DNA from: Octopus bimaculoides
Lineage: Eukaryota
Direction of reading: 5' to 3'
Assembly (NCBI RefSeq): GCF_001194135.2
Contig: NC_068996.1
Span: forward strand, 4,389,257-4,453,256
DNA length: 64,000 nucleotides
A model generated the notes under the pieces. The model was not told where the DNA came from and did no database searches. It saw only the letters and a program-made list of their open reading frames with translations. Made by a program: the position numbers and the translations under genes. Shown piece by piece: positions 13,255 through 26,999 of this stretch; position 1 is the stretch's first letter; each line of letters opens with the position of its first letter.

Positions 13255-13334
13255 AACGGGTAACCGTTAAAACGGGTAACCGTTAAAACGGGTAACCGTT
13301 AAAACGGGTAACCGTTACAACGGGTAACCGTTAA
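13255..13334. repeat. 16-bp quasi-palindromic tandem array (AACGGGTAACCGTTAA)x5
   Basis: Unit starts at 13255, 13271, 13287, 13303 and 13319; one substitution in copy 4. Confidence 0.97.
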
Positions 13335-13416
13335 TAGCGGAAGTGATGCAATGTTGAGTTTTATACTTGAGATAGAACATACTATGCATTCACTCATGCA
13401 TATCTACATCCATATA

Positions 13417-13485
<69 letters not shown>

Positions 13486-13506
13486 GTCTATCTATCTATC
13501 TATCTG

Positions 13507-13541
<35 letters not shown>

Positions 13542-13708
13542 GTCTGTCTGTCTGTCTGTCTGTCTGTCATGTGTGTCTGAGTGTCTACATGTATATGTGC
13601 ATGTATTTACATACCTACAGACAAACACACACATAGACACGTGCATACATGCACATTCATACACAGATACACATATATGTGTATGTTTGCGCATGTAGCA
13701 TATTATTC

Positions 13709-13749
<41 letters not shown>

Positions 13750-13880
13750 GTGTGTGTGTGTGTGTGTCTGAGTGTGTCTGTGTGTCTGTGTTTGTCTCTT
13801 TCTCTNNNNNNNNNNNNNNNNNNNNNNNNNNNNNNNNNNNNNNNNNNNNNNNNNNNNNNNNNNNNNNNNNNNNNNNNNNN

Positions 13881-13916
<36 letters not shown>

Positions 13917-14466
13917 CAAACACATACAGAGATGCATAAATAAATACATGCGTGCATGCATACATACACACATACATAACATACATACATACATACTTGA
14001 TGATTGTATCATCTTGTCAAATGATCTCCGTCTCATATTGAGACATCTGTGCGTCAGTGGATTTAAGTGACAACGCTTTTCCCTCATTTTCGGTCGCCAT
14101 AAAAGGTTCCAGTGACAAGCGTTGCAAGATGGCCGCTGCTATTTTGACAGCAAGTTTTATGTCAGAGTATCTTTCTCCTTCAAGAGCTGCCTTTCCCCAT
14201 GGCTCTGTTAAAATAACAGGAGCCTTCTCTATTCATGGGAAAGCTAGTACTAGTACCAACAGGTACTACGATTTCGGAGCTGAACGGATCTCGAAGTAAG
14301 AAGGGTAATTGGGGGTTGAGTCCACAACTCCAAAACTCGCGAGCTGGAGCCTCAACAGCAGATGCAGTTTAATGCCATACATACATGCATATAAGCTTAT
14401 AGACATGCTCATGCATTTACATACATACACACATATAGACATATATACATATATAGACAGACGGAC

Positions 14467-14559
<93 letters not shown>

Positions 14560-14583
14560 GACGGACGGACGGACAGACGGACT

Positions 14584-14614
<31 letters not shown>

Positions 14615-15168
14615 ATACAGACATACATACATACAGACAGACAGACAGATAGATAGATAGATAGAGAGAAATAAAGAGTGAGTGTGTCTGTGTGTGTGTA
14701 TGTGTGTGTGTGTGTGAGAGAAAGAGAGAGAGAGAGAGAGAGAGCATGGAACTGAGTACTTTTCTGGTCTGTTATTTATCGAACACAAAACAGATAGAAG
14801 GCTAAGTTGACTTTAGCTAAATTTGAACTCAAAGTAGAGGAACAAATACAATGAGAAATTCTATCCCCCGTTCTAACGATTCTTTCTCCCAGTTTTCGAT
14901 ACAAAGTAAACACCATTAATATCAAGGGAGAGGTCAGTTGAAGCGATCGTATCACACACCCTGTTTCTATTTAAATGTCCCAGTCTGTTGTCAATAGAAA
15001 GGAAAATAATTTTAGCTCTTGAGTGAAAAATGAAAATATTATAACTATTATCTCTCTCTTTCTCTTTCTCTCTCCCTCTTTTCTTTTCTCTGTTTCTCTC
15101 TCTATCTCTCTTTCTCTTTTTCTTCGTAACTCATTTTCTTGATTTTTCTCCATCTCTTCTCCTTCCCC

Positions 15169-15239
<71 letters not shown>

Positions 15240-16061
15240 CTCTTTATTCCATTCCTAGCGAAGTGAGGAATGGGAACAACGACGATTGCAAGGACGACAT
15301 CCACCACCACAACGACGTCACTAGTGGTGCTGCTGATGATGACGATGATGATGATGATGATGATGACAAGGTGGTGGTGGAGGAGGTGGTTGTTGTTTGT
15401 TGGTTTTGTTGATGGTGATTACGATACTACAGAGCGGTGGTTGTGTTGTTGGCTATGGAGATAGTTGTGGTGAAGACGGCGGCGGTGGTGGTAGTGGTGG
15501 TGATATTGGAGGGGGGGTAGGTGTTAATGAAGGTGATGGTGTAAAGTGGGAGGCAGATGAGGAAGGTGCAGCAAGAGGTGCTAATGGCGACGATGATTGT
15601 GAAAGCAGTGGTGATGAGGTTGGTGGGGATGCCTATGAGGACGTCAGTGGTGGCGGTAGTGGTGGTGGTGGTGGCGGTGATGATGTTGTTGTTATTGTTG
15701 TTGTTGTTGTTGTTGTTGTTGATGATGATGATAATGATGGTTTTTAGAGCTGTAAATATTTCACTATCCAAATTGTATCAAGTTATATAATATGAATTTA
15801 TCTACAACAATCTTTGAATCTCAGAGTCGAATAAAAAATTTTAAAAATTGAAACAAAATAAAAATTTTTGAATAAACTTTTAAAAAATTAAAATAAAATT
15901 AAATTAAAATTAAAAATTAAAATAAAAAATGAAAATCGAGTAGCATTAATATCATTGGTTTAGATATAAGTGACTAAAATGTAAGTTCCTGTCCTTGTTT
16001 CTGACCAAAGGATTAAATTCTATCATCATCATCATCATCATCGGCGTCGTCGCCGTCATCG

Positions 16062-16092
<31 letters not shown>

Positions 16093-16709
16093 CATCATCA
16101 TCATCATCATCATCATCATTTTTATTATCATCATTATTACTGTTATAGTTAGGGAATTTCGTAACAATAGACGGAATATTGTCTTGGTGGTATTTATTAT
16201 GTAGCAGAATTTTGACAATAGTTGAAAAAGTTTGATGAGGAAAGGAACTGAAAACACAGCAAGGATAGGCAGGTATACCTCTTTTGTTTCCTTTTTGGTT
16301 TTTTGGCTTTTGGTTTTTTTTTGGGGTTTTTTTTGTGGTGGGGTTTTTGTGGAGGGGAAACGATGGTGTCCTTAAATATGATGACATGTATGGATGGATG
16401 TCTCTCTGTGGGTGCGCGCGCACGAGCGATTGTCTGTGTCTGTGTCCTCCAAGCGGAAATTTCAACTTCAATTTAAAACAATCAGACACTGCCTCAACAT
16501 CATTGTTTTAGGTCCACTGGAACCATTCAAAATACAACAACAATAACAACAAGGAGCACCCTCAACTAAACAGACATTTTAGATATTACGAAACAAAATG
16601 GTTGACGACCCCCCTTCGCTCAAAAAATGATAATAATAATCAAAATTCATAAAAATAAGATAATAAACAGAGAGAAACTTATCAATAACAGACTAGAAAA
16701 TTATCCTAT

Positions 16710-16890
16710 TTTAGGCCCCGGGCTAGCAACTTCGAGGAAGGCAGTCGACCCTGGTGTTCATCTGGTACTTAATTTATCGACCCTGAAAGAATGAAAGACA
16801 AAATCAGCCACGACGGAATTTAAATTCAGAACGTAAAGACGAATGAACTGTCACTAAGCATCTAACTTGGCATGATTACGCTTCTTCCAG
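16710..16890 (-). mobile_element. SINE family A, diverged
   Basis: gtcgaccctggtgttcatctggtacttaatttatcgaccctgaaagaatgaaagacaaaatcagccacgacggaatttaaattcagaacgtaaagac. Confidence 0.75.
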
Positions 16891-17394
16891 CTCTCCGCTT
16901 TATCTTATTTTAAATATTAGATTTCATATCTAATTAAGACAACCTAACGGCCTGTGCTTTTGCCGTTATCATATCAAAGAATGAAGAGTTAAATCGTATC
17001 TCAATATATTAAACCAATAATTCTTTGACTAACAGAGGCCAACCCCTATCTTCAAAATATTAATAAGATTCTTTTGCCCTTCACTCTTATTACTAATAGG
17101 GTTGACAAATTAGAGTCTGCATCAGATTATTTTTTCTCTTTGTCCTGATAGTAGACAAAACGTTTAAGACCATGATAACTTTATTAAATATTGTAATTTA
17201 TCATTCTTCTTGTCAATCAGTTCAGTTTTCCCACGCCAACCCTTATGGAAGAGATTGTATTAAAGGCTAAATATTTTGTTTCACATCGTGACATGCTAAT
17301 TTATCTCGTTCGGCCTACTAAAGTAGTAGCCTAATTCTCCCTCCGTTCGCTCTCTTCCGTCTAATACAAACACACACACACACACACACATATG

Positions 17395-17428
<34 letters not shown>

Positions 17429-17430
17429 AT

Positions 17431-17604
17431 TTTAAAATAAGCAGAAAATGGAGAATTTTTGATCAACAAACAAACAATTAACCAACATCGGTTAATTATT
17501 TTTAAATACAAAACTTTATCATTACTATAAAAAATAATTAACCGATGTTGGTCAATTGTTTATTTGTTGATGAAAAGTTTTCTCCATTTTCTGCTTATTT
17601 TAAA
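17431..17604. repeat. Long inverted repeat (fold-back / MITE-like)
   Basis: Arm 17431-17503 is the reverse complement of arm 17530-17604 apart from a 2-nt indel and a few substitutions; 26-nt spacer. Confidence 0.93.
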
Positions 17605-17868
17605 TTTGATTCCTGATAAACTCTTGTTTGTTCAGTTATTACCTGTACCCTATGAACATAANNNNNNNNNNNNNNNNNNNNNNNNNNNNNNNNNNNNNNN
17701 NNNNNNNNNNNNNNNNNNNNNNNNNNNNNNNNNNNNNNNNNNNNNNNNNNNNNNNNNNNNNNNNNNNNNNNNNNNNNNNNNNNNNNNNNNNNNNNNNNNN
17801 NNNNNNNNNNNNNNNNNNNNNNNNNNNNNNNNNNNNNNNNNNNNNNNNNNNNNNNNNNNNNNNNNNNN

Positions 17869-17931
<63 letters not shown>

Positions 17932-17934
17932 GAT

Positions 17935-18195
17935 ATCATGGATTTTCCCGGGATGAATGAGGATTCTGCAATTTCTTATTTGAGCTACCTTCGTAGATGG
18001 TTTGTTTATAGTGATTAAATGTTTGCGTACATTGCTTGTACAGCGGCACAAACGTGCCACGCGTCAGATGTCAAAGTGATTGCAGAGCAACATGAAAAGG
18101 AGTGCTTTGCTCAAGAACACAACTCTCTGCGCCGTCTGGGAATCGAAACCACAATCTAGCAATCGTGAGGGCAACGCCGTAACCACTACGCTATG
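17935..18195 (-). mobile_element. tRNA-derived CORE-like SINE (family D)
   Basis: Minus strand: agcgtagtggttacggcgttgcc...gtggtttcgattcccagacggcg...gttcttgagcaaagcactccttttcatgttgctctgc, i.e. A and B boxes followed by a CORE-like segment. Confidence 0.75.
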
Positions 18196-18242
18196 TGTTT
18201 GTACGCACACACCACATACACAGGAAGCACGTGTGTGTGTGT

Positions 18243-18274
<32 letters not shown>

Positions 18275-19128
18275 CTGTGTGTGTGTGTGTGTTAGTGTTA
18301 GACGTATCGAGCATACTCCTAAGAATCAGATTATTGTAATTTATAGCTGAATACGTGGATCAATGGTTGACCTGTAAACAAACAACAACGAAAGCAATAT
18401 CCAAAAAGAAAAAAAAAGTCAAAATAACAGCAATCTCACTTTATGAGANNNNNNNNNNTCCACTCCTTCTCTCACATTCTCTCTCTTGCACCTCGCTGTC
18501 TCTCCTTGCTGTCTTACATTCATCCCAGTTAATTTCATTCCTGGCGGCAAAAGGAATTGGTACAACGATGGCAATGACAACGGCCACTTCCATCACACAC
18601 CACAATGTCGTTTGTGGTGGTGGTGGTGGTGGTGGTGGTGGTGGTGGTGGGGATAATGATGGGCAACGGAATTAGAACAACAGAATTCAAGTGAATATAG
18701 AATTCCGTTTGAAATTCCGATAACGTTACTGAAAACGACTAACACCTGAAGAAGGCCAGAAGGCACAACGACCCAAAAGTTGCCACTAAAACAACCAAGT
18801 TAAGAAACGCTAACGTGAATATCGTAAAAAAATATGAAGATGATGACGACGACGACGGCAGCGGCGGCGGCGACGACGACGATGACGACGATGACAACAA
18901 TGATGATGATGATGATGATAAGAAGACCAACAACAATTGTTAGTGATAATATTATTCAGTAAAAAAAGTATATACACTCAACTTCCGACAGAGTAATTAC
19001 GATTAAGTTTGGTAGAGGAATACTGATGGAAGTTATCGTAATATGCCACTGGTATTTATTTTAGGTATTCGGGGAAAATTTTAACTCAGAGAGAGAGAGA
19101 GGGAGAGAGAGGGAGAGNNNNNNNNNNN

Positions 19129-19179
<51 letters not shown>

Positions 19180-20540
19180 TAAAAGTCATGTTATTGCATT
19201 TAGATTGATTTTCATATATTTATATAAACTTTCTGTGTTTTTGAAGAAGAAATAAAATGGTTTAGAACAATAACGCAAGAGATTTGAAACAGCTATTGCA
19301 CGGTTTGAAATGAGATGCCCGAGTAAAAAAAAAAATTGTAGAGAACATGGATGTCATTGATTTTTGGAAACTAATGCTTTACCAATTAGACTACATTTTC
19401 ATTCAATTCTGTAAAACATTTTCTAAAAACGATAATGACAATGTGGGTAGAGTCTGAAAGTAGTTGGAAACATACTGATTGGCAAAGTTGTGTACTACAA
19501 ATATCTCAGCAGGGTATTAAAGAAAACAAGCGTGTGGGTGATACAGAAGGGATAGAATTAATGGTTTAAGGCGGAGAATTTCTTAGAAAGGTATGAAATT
19601 AATAATTTCTTTTTAATTAAAAGCTAATTAAATCCCTTTTTATTTATTTACTTTTTTTTTAAATGAAATATATATATACATAAAAAATAACAGAGATTAA
19701 ATAAATTTTTGGAATTTTTCCTCGAAATAAATCGGAGCAAAAATTTAATTTAAACAAAAATGGTGACATGGGTAATAGAAAAAAAAACAAAAAGAAAGAA
19801 GCAGATTGTTAACCTATTGCGAACAATGAATGTACCGGGTAGTGAAAGAGAGAGGCCAAAAGTTAGAAAGAGAGAGAAAGAGAGAGGGGGAGAAGAAAAG
19901 AAGTGAGAAGGAGGGAGTGGAAGATTGGAAAGAGGAAGTTTGGATTCTGTGTATTCAATAATAGGTGTGTTAAAGTGCGAGCAAGTAAAAAAAGAAGAAA
20001 CGAAACAGAAGTAAACCGAAAAATGTAACTTTGTGAAATGACAAACAATATAAAGTATGGTTGGGGGGGGGGGCAGCGAGGTGTTGGGTGGAAGGAAGGA
20101 GAAGCAAACGCTGGAAAATAGAAACGAGAGAATTAAATAAACAAAAACATCGTCACAAGATTTAAAAAATACAACTCGATCTTGTTTTTGTGTTATCTTC
20201 ATCGCTTTAATAACCAGCATCATCATAATCATCATCATTTTAATCCATCTCATCATCGCCAGTTTAATCCTTCTCCTCTTCCTCCTCCTCCTCATCATCA
20301 TAATCATCATCATTTTAATTNNNNNNNNNNNNNNNNNNNNNNNNNNNNNNNNNNNNNNNNNNNNNNNNNNNNNNNNNNNNNNNNNNNNNNNNNNNNNNNN
20401 NNNNNNNNNGCATCATCATAATCATCATCATTTTAATCCATCTCATCATCGCCAGTTTAATCCTTCTCCTCTTCCTCCTCCTCCTCATCATCATAATCAT
20501 CATCATTTTAATTATCATTATCACCTTGATCTAATATAGG

Positions 20541-21133
20541 CTCAAGGCTAAACATTTGTGGAGAGGGGGTTGATCAATTACCACGACCCCAGTACATGAC
20601 TGGTCCTTTATTTTATCGACCTCATGAAAAATAAATAGCAAAGATGACCTCGAAATAAATACAAGACATTCTCCCGTTTCTAACACGATTCTTCCAATCC
20701 AGAGCAATAATAACACAAAATAATAATGGCTTCAAACTTTGGCACAAGGTCAACAATTGTAGGAGTAAGGACTAGACAATTGCACCGATTCCAGTACTTC
20801 ACTGGTACTTTATTTCATTGACCTCGTAAGGATGAAACGCAAAGTTGTCTTTGGCGAAATTTGAGCTCAGAACATGAAAAGTCAGAAGACAAACCGCTAA
20901 ACACATTGTCCTACGAGGTAACAATTTTTCCTAGGCACAAGGTCAGGAATCCGAGGGAATGGGGATAGTCTATTATATCGACCGCAGTGCCTAACTCGTG
21001 CTTAATTTATCGACCCCGAATGGAGGGAAGGCTGAGTCGATCTCGGCGGAATTTGAACTCAAAACGTAAGGACGGACGAAATGCCGCTAATCATTTCGTC
21101 CGGCGTGCTAACGATTCTGCCAGTTCACCGTCT
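20541..21133 (-). mobile_element. Three head-to-tail SINE family A copies
   Basis: Copies at about 20541-20705, 20731-20930 and 20931-21133. The last is near-consensus (ggcggaatttgaactcaaaacgtaaggacggacgaaatgccgctaa...aacgattctgccagttcaccg). Confidence 0.85.
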
Positions 21134-21140
21134 TAATAAC

Positions 21141-21141
<1 letters not shown>

Positions 21142-21174
<33 letters not shown>

Positions 21175-21498
21175 GTTTAACGTCCACTTTTCATGCTAGC
21201 ATGGGTTGGACGATTTGACTGAGGACTGGTGAAAACCAGATGGCTACACCAGGCTCCAATCTGATTTGGCAGAGTTTTTACAGCTGGATGCCTTTCCTAA
21301 CGCCAACCACTCCGAGAGTGTAGAGGGTGCTTTTACGTGTCACCCGCACGAAGGCCAGTCAGGCGGTTCTGGCAACGGCCACGCTCGAAATGGTGTATTT
21401 TATGTGCCACCTGTACAAGAGCCAGTCCAGGGGCACTGGCAACGATCTCGCTCGAAAATCCTTACACATGCCGCGGGCACAAGTGCCAGAAAGGCGAC
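21142..21498 (-). mobile_element. 3' end of an RTE-type retroposon with (TGA)n tail and internal ~66-bp repeats
   Basis: Minus strand ends ...ccaacccatgctagcatgaaaagtggacgttaaacgatgatgatgat. About 2.5 internal repeat units start at 21326, 21392 and ~21458. The family assignment is from recall. Confidence 0.7.
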
Positions 21499-21522
21499 AA
21501 CAACAACAACAACAACAACAAC

Positions 21523-21572
<50 letters not shown>

Positions 21573-22536
21573 TAACTTTATTAGCCAGAGGGCGCAACGT
21601 ATGCAAGAAACAAAAGTTTGACGATGTGTGGTTAGATACTCATATAAAAAAAGACGAATACAGGCAACAAATGGAAGAGAAGTCGCTACCTAGTTAGGCT
21701 CAGGGCCTTCTTTAAACACTTGGCCATCTTTCGCTTCTTGTATTGAACCCTAAACGGTTTTAAAGATCCTGTAAACCAGTTCCACTTGGTTGTCCACTTC
21801 TAATATTTCTTGCCAGATTGTTAATTTGGTCTTTATCTGTTGTCTGTCGTCGGTATAGCAGTACTCTGCAAATATCCGTTTCTGGGACATATTGTTTGCT
21901 GTCATCGCTGTTGCTGTAATCATTTGTTTGCTGCTACTTCTGCTTCTGCTGGTACTACTTCTACTGCTGCTTCTGCTTCTGCTGGTACTACTTCTACTGC
22001 TGCTTCTGCGGCTGCTACTTCTGCGGCTGCTGCTGCTGCTTTTGTTGCTTCATCTGCTGCCGTCCACCACTCTCTCCACTTTTCAAAATCCTCTGGTTCC
22101 TGCAGTCACATCGGGTTTCTCCTTAGCCTGACAGCTTTCCTTGCATCTTTTTCTCGTTCCACAGTTGAGTACAGTTCCGTTATAGCGTAGTGGTCATAGA
22201 GGATCATTAGCACTCGCAAGTCTATAATGGCATCTCCTTAACTAATACTTTATTTTTTTTTGTGTGCTGAAGAATTTGGGACGACCCAAAGATCATGCTA
22301 CAACCAATGTTCCTTTCCTGACTGTAACCGTTTTATTTATTCTCCTCATATATTTGTGGAACTTGCCTGCGTGCAATTTTAAAACGCACCAATTCTATCT
22401 GTTACGTCTTATTCAGTCTGAAAGATCGGGCACACTTTTTCCAAATGTTCTTCTCATTGAATAGAGGCCACAACTTTCCAAATTAACGCTTCTTCTGTTA
22501 ATGTTATATGTGTGTGTGTGTGGTGTGTGTGTGTGT

Positions 22537-22572
<36 letters not shown>

Positions 22573-23184
22573 CGCACGCGCACACACACACACACATACA
22601 CACATTTAGCATCTCTTTTACAGCTCTTCGTTGTAGTACTCGGGAAAGGAGGCACAGTTCTGCGTAACTTACCACTCCAATGTGCCTTTCTTTACCAGTA
22701 GCCATTTTATATTAAATACTTCAGCCGGATTAACAATAATATCAATACTATCGTATTGCTATTAACGTCATTGGAAATATTATTTTCTGCATTTTTTAGA
22801 GTCTAAATGTTAACAGGAACTGCTGCTTAAACTGTATTCGTTTCCTTATATTTATCCCTTGTCTTTTTTAACTGCTGCTTATATTTCAAATATTTATCAA
22901 TGGAAATTCTAGGTGGCATACCCTCTGCTCCTCGCTTGTATCTAACACCGCTTCTTGCTATCCCAAAAGAATAAGTGATGTTTATTTTCAAAGTAATATA
23001 CATGACTAAAATATCAGGTGTTCTCTCTATCAGGAATAATGAGGTAGATGGCAGTGTTGCAAATTTCCTTGCTTACAAATGGAAGAAAAGAACCCGTTCC
23101 TTATTTAAATAGACAGAGATCTATCTTTTGTGGAGCAATATTGACGATGTCTTTATTCTTCAACAAATAATGATATTAATAATG

Positions 23185-23752
23185 CAGTACCAGGCAGTGG
23201 CTCTCATGGCTTCTCATCTTAATTGATTGGAAGTGTCATGTACGTGTTTTGTCTCGGCATAAAAGATGGACTACAGCAAATATTCTACTCAATATCACAG
23301 ATTTGCTTGTCGGTTGTTTGACCATAACCATTTGAGCATATCTCTTTATGACATTATATGCATCTCTGATCACGAGCAGAAGTAGTGGAGGAACATCATA
23401 GCTATCTATATGTTGAGAGGAATTCTATAAGGTTTGAACAATTCACCCTTGGAAACATGGGTGATTCGTTCATCATCCTAAAACAACTCTTATTCAGGGA
23501 CCATTTGAGCGGGATGGCTTACACGATCCGAAGAAAATTCTAATTAGGCCCTCACATGAAAAGTCATGCGCTGTTTATTTTGACATGAAATCACCATGTC
23601 GCGCACATATGGTTGTGATGCATGTGCCTGGTGCACCTTTTTCAGACGTGTAGTCTTGATGGCGTATATTGGGCTTCGTATATTTTACCTCTGTTACTTG
23701 GATGGCATGCGCTACTCACTCATTCACTCACTCACTCACTCACTCACTCACT

Positions 23753-23825
<73 letters not shown>

Positions 23826-23826
23826 T
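23185..23826 (+). mobile_element. Dispersed retroposon 3' portion ending in (CACT)n(AAT)n tail; family unassigned
   Basis: Complex sequence (ccaggcagtggctctcatggcttc...gatggcatgcgctactcactc) ends in a long (AAT)n tail. Recalled as a high-copy octopus repeat. Confidence 0.6.
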
Positions 23827-25112
23827 GTTTTAAATTAGGCGCAAGTTCAAAAGTTTATAATAATAATAATGATGATATCTTTATTCACTACAAAGGGTTT
23901 TCATGAAAAAAAACCCATTAAGGACGGCTCGGGACAAAACATTGAGTGTGTGGGTATGTGTGTGCTTGTGTGTTGGTGTGAGGATTTTGTGAGTAAACAG
24001 GTTTAACAAAAAAAAAAAAACTGTGGTAATAAAATTTTAACAATGGAAAGAATTTTATTCGATACAAAAACTTAAACGCAAGGGATAGCACAAGTACCAT
24101 TGATAAAACAATGAGCTTTTATACAGTGTCAAAATGGCGAAAACAACAAAGACACTAAATAACAATATGATATGAAAAGATCTACAATATGCGAAGAGTG
24201 GGAAAATCTTTTAGCGTAATTCGGAGAACCCCCACCACCACCACCACCACTGCCTTAGGTTACTATGACGTATCAAAAGTCTGCAGCACTCCTAGTTTCT
24301 TGTCTCCTCTTTCTAGGAGCCAAGAATATTCAGAATAGACCAATTCAATATCGTCAGTCTCGCCACTCTCACCTACGTATCGAAAAACACAACGGATGGC
24401 AGCGACTCACTTGTCACCGTCATCATCCTTATGAAGTGGTACTTAATGAAGTTGCTGAGTTGATCTAACAGGAAAAGCCCTGTCCTCAAAAACTGAAAGC
24501 ACCTCCACCACCAACAAACTTCCTTTGCCATGACCACCAGAAAGAGAAAGTAACTAACTGCACTTCCTTGCTAAAAAAATATTAAAAAAAGTTTAGGATA
24601 GACTCCGCAGAGAGTTTATATGTGATATCAGCTGCTCGATACAAATGTCTTCAGAGTATTTAGTTGTCTTGTGCGCACCACGATGTTTACCTCATCCGTA
24701 CTTAGAGATTTTGTCTGGAGTAGGCAATGGCTCCCACGAAGTACTACCTGGTAAAGAATTATTTTTTGAAATTACCCTTAATTCCTGACCTAAAAGCCTT
24801 TAAGTGAATATTCAGAATCGTTCCACTGACTTCTCTTCACTCTACTAGCTCCAGCTGCTAGAGCAAAGTGATCGTCTAATAACATTCCGGATGCCGAATG
24901 CTCAAGCTCCGTCTACGCTTAATCTAGGACTACAGCTCAACCAATGAGACTAAATATGGAAAGATGTTTAGTTATTGCGAGCGCAATTGTCCTGAATGAG
25001 AGCGAGCAGGTGTGTTTCAGATATCCTGGTCTTGCCGATGACTACCACGTGTGTTGTCATTGTTGTTCTTGCTCTTGCTGCTAAACTTGTAGTAGTTGGA
25101 ATCTTGTTGCTG

Positions 25113-25144
<32 letters not shown>

Positions 25145-25865
25145 GGTGACGGCGTGTTGTTTATGTGCAGTCAACTTTTGTTGTTGTTGTTGTTGTTGTT
25201 GTTCATGTAGTTTTTTTTTTTTTTTGCTGTGGATCTAGCTATGGATCGCGTAGTTGTTGATGATAAGGTCGTTCAAGTGTTGTCGCTGTTGGTTGCCTTG
25301 AGTATTAACTGCACCTCCTTGGTTTTTGTAGTCTTCGGTTTTGATCGCCAGACTACTCCAATCCGCTTTTCCATCACCATTCTTTATTTTCAAACACTCT
25401 GCACTCTGCCCTTGTTTTTTGTTGTTGTTGTTTTTTTTACGCTTTTTGGTTACTGGGATTTAAACTCAAGGCGTAATGAGTCAGAAGAAACATCACAGGA
25501 CATTTCCTCCGTTGCATTGGCAGTACAAAGTCAAAATACAACGGTGGGGCAGAATTTACATCAAATTGAAAGGCAATAATGAAAAGAATAGTAACAGAAC
25601 TAATGATTTCTTTTATTTGCTAAAGAGTGAGGAACGTGAGGAACGTGAGGACATTATGCAAGGTAATACGTAAGATAAGTTACAGAAAGTGTGACGAATT
25701 TACATCGAAGTTAAATAAATGGGGAATGTAAAAAATGAAAATATACACAATTAACAGAATTGTTGTGAGAGGAGAGGGCAATCATTTGGAGCTATTTGTG
25801 AAATATCACGGAGCCTCTGGTTAGGTATTTTCTCAGCCTCCAAACTGACAATATGTCCATCTTAC

Positions 25866-25938
25866 TGAACCATGATCGACACTGTCATCCATCTTTAGTT
25901 TAATTTACAGAAGAGTAGCATCTTTTTGCCAACTGAAA
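25866..25938 (-). other. Candidate exon (UTR plus possible start MDDSVDHGS)
   Basis: Long U-rich acceptor tttattcttttatttttcaag| and donor TCA|gtaaga. Separated from the 26073-26160 exon by a plausible 134-nt intron. Confidence 0.3.
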
Positions 25939-26072
25939 CTTGAAAAATAAAAGAATAAAAAATAAATAAACCAATGAGGAAAGTGTTTCTTATTTAATTA
26001 TTTAATTCCTTCAGTCACATTCACTTTACATTCACTTTTGCTATAATCGTAAGACAGAAGAAAATTACTTAC

Positions 26073-26160
26073 CGTTTCCATTCAAAGGAAAGCCGACGGA
26101 ACGACCTTCCCGATTATTTCTACAGAGAGCCGGATCCGTCCATCACGTGACAACGGTTAT
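26073..26160 (-). other. Candidate 88-nt exon, probably 5'UTR
   Basis: Acceptor tttgatttatagatttttgtag| and strong donor ACG|gtaagta. CpG-rich relative to the flanks; stops in all three frames; ends ATGGAAACG. Confidence 0.45.
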
Positions 26161-26999
26161 CTACAAAAATCTATAAATCAAATAATAATAACAACAGCAA
26201 CAACTACAGCTACTAGAGCCACGGTCGCTAGCCTTATCATCACATTGATCAGCAACATTTTTTTTCTTTGGCATCACCATCGCCGAGAACGTCATCATCA
26301 TCTTGCTCCTGCTCCTCTTTCTCATCATCATCATCATCATCGTTATCTTTGTGAACATCACTTTAGTAACTTCTTTCTCCTCTTTCACCTCCTCGTCATT
26401 GTTGTAGTTGTCTTTATCTCATCCTGTTCATTATCATGTTATTCTTTTCTTGTCTTGTCTAATTTTTATTGGTTTATCTTTATAATATACCATTTAATTA
26501 GTCATCTGTGTCCTTGTAACCTCTGATAAACTCTATGGCAAATACGGGTCTCACTTATTTCAATCAATCTTTCCAACCAACCAACCACTGACACAATGAT
26601 GAAAACTATAAGATCCCGGATACCTTCACTGTTCTCAGTCATTCGATTGCGGCTATGCTTGGGCACCCTTCATCGGCTTTACTTGATTGATTTTGATTCC
26701 GGCAGTTATTTTATCGACTTTTGTCGCTTGGCTAAGTTATCATCTTTAGCCGATATTGTTCCCGTAAACCCCACCTCGATCTCATGACCCTCCTGACTTT
26801 TATCCTGTACATATAGTGTTTCAGTTACATTAGTCCAGTGCCCATTTTTTTTTTTTTTAAAGAAAGAAATTGTAGGTTTTGATTTAAGAGAGAATTGTCA
26901 TGTAAATTTAACATTGTCCAATGATTCCATATTGACACTTATTACTGTCATTTTTTCACACCTTCACAATCGTTCAACGTCTAAGACTTGTGGCTTAGC

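Noticed and set aside
14057-14370. Complex island with open frames on both strands as a coding exon
   Set aside because: No recognisable protein and no convincing splice pair.
18747-18775. CUGAAGA-A-GGCC(AGAA)GGC as a hammerhead
   Set aside because: Lacks GAAA and has no stem I or III.
20215-20510. ~105-bp direct duplication
   Set aside because: The identical copies flank an N gap; typical scaffolding overlap artefact.
21700-21900. YTDD-containing minus-strand frame as an RT fragment
   Set aside because: Similarity is limited to a few residues.
22267-22300. CUGAAGA-A-UUUGGG(ACGA)CCCAAA hairpin as a hammerhead
   Set aside because: GAUC replaces GAAA, and there are no supporting stems I or III.
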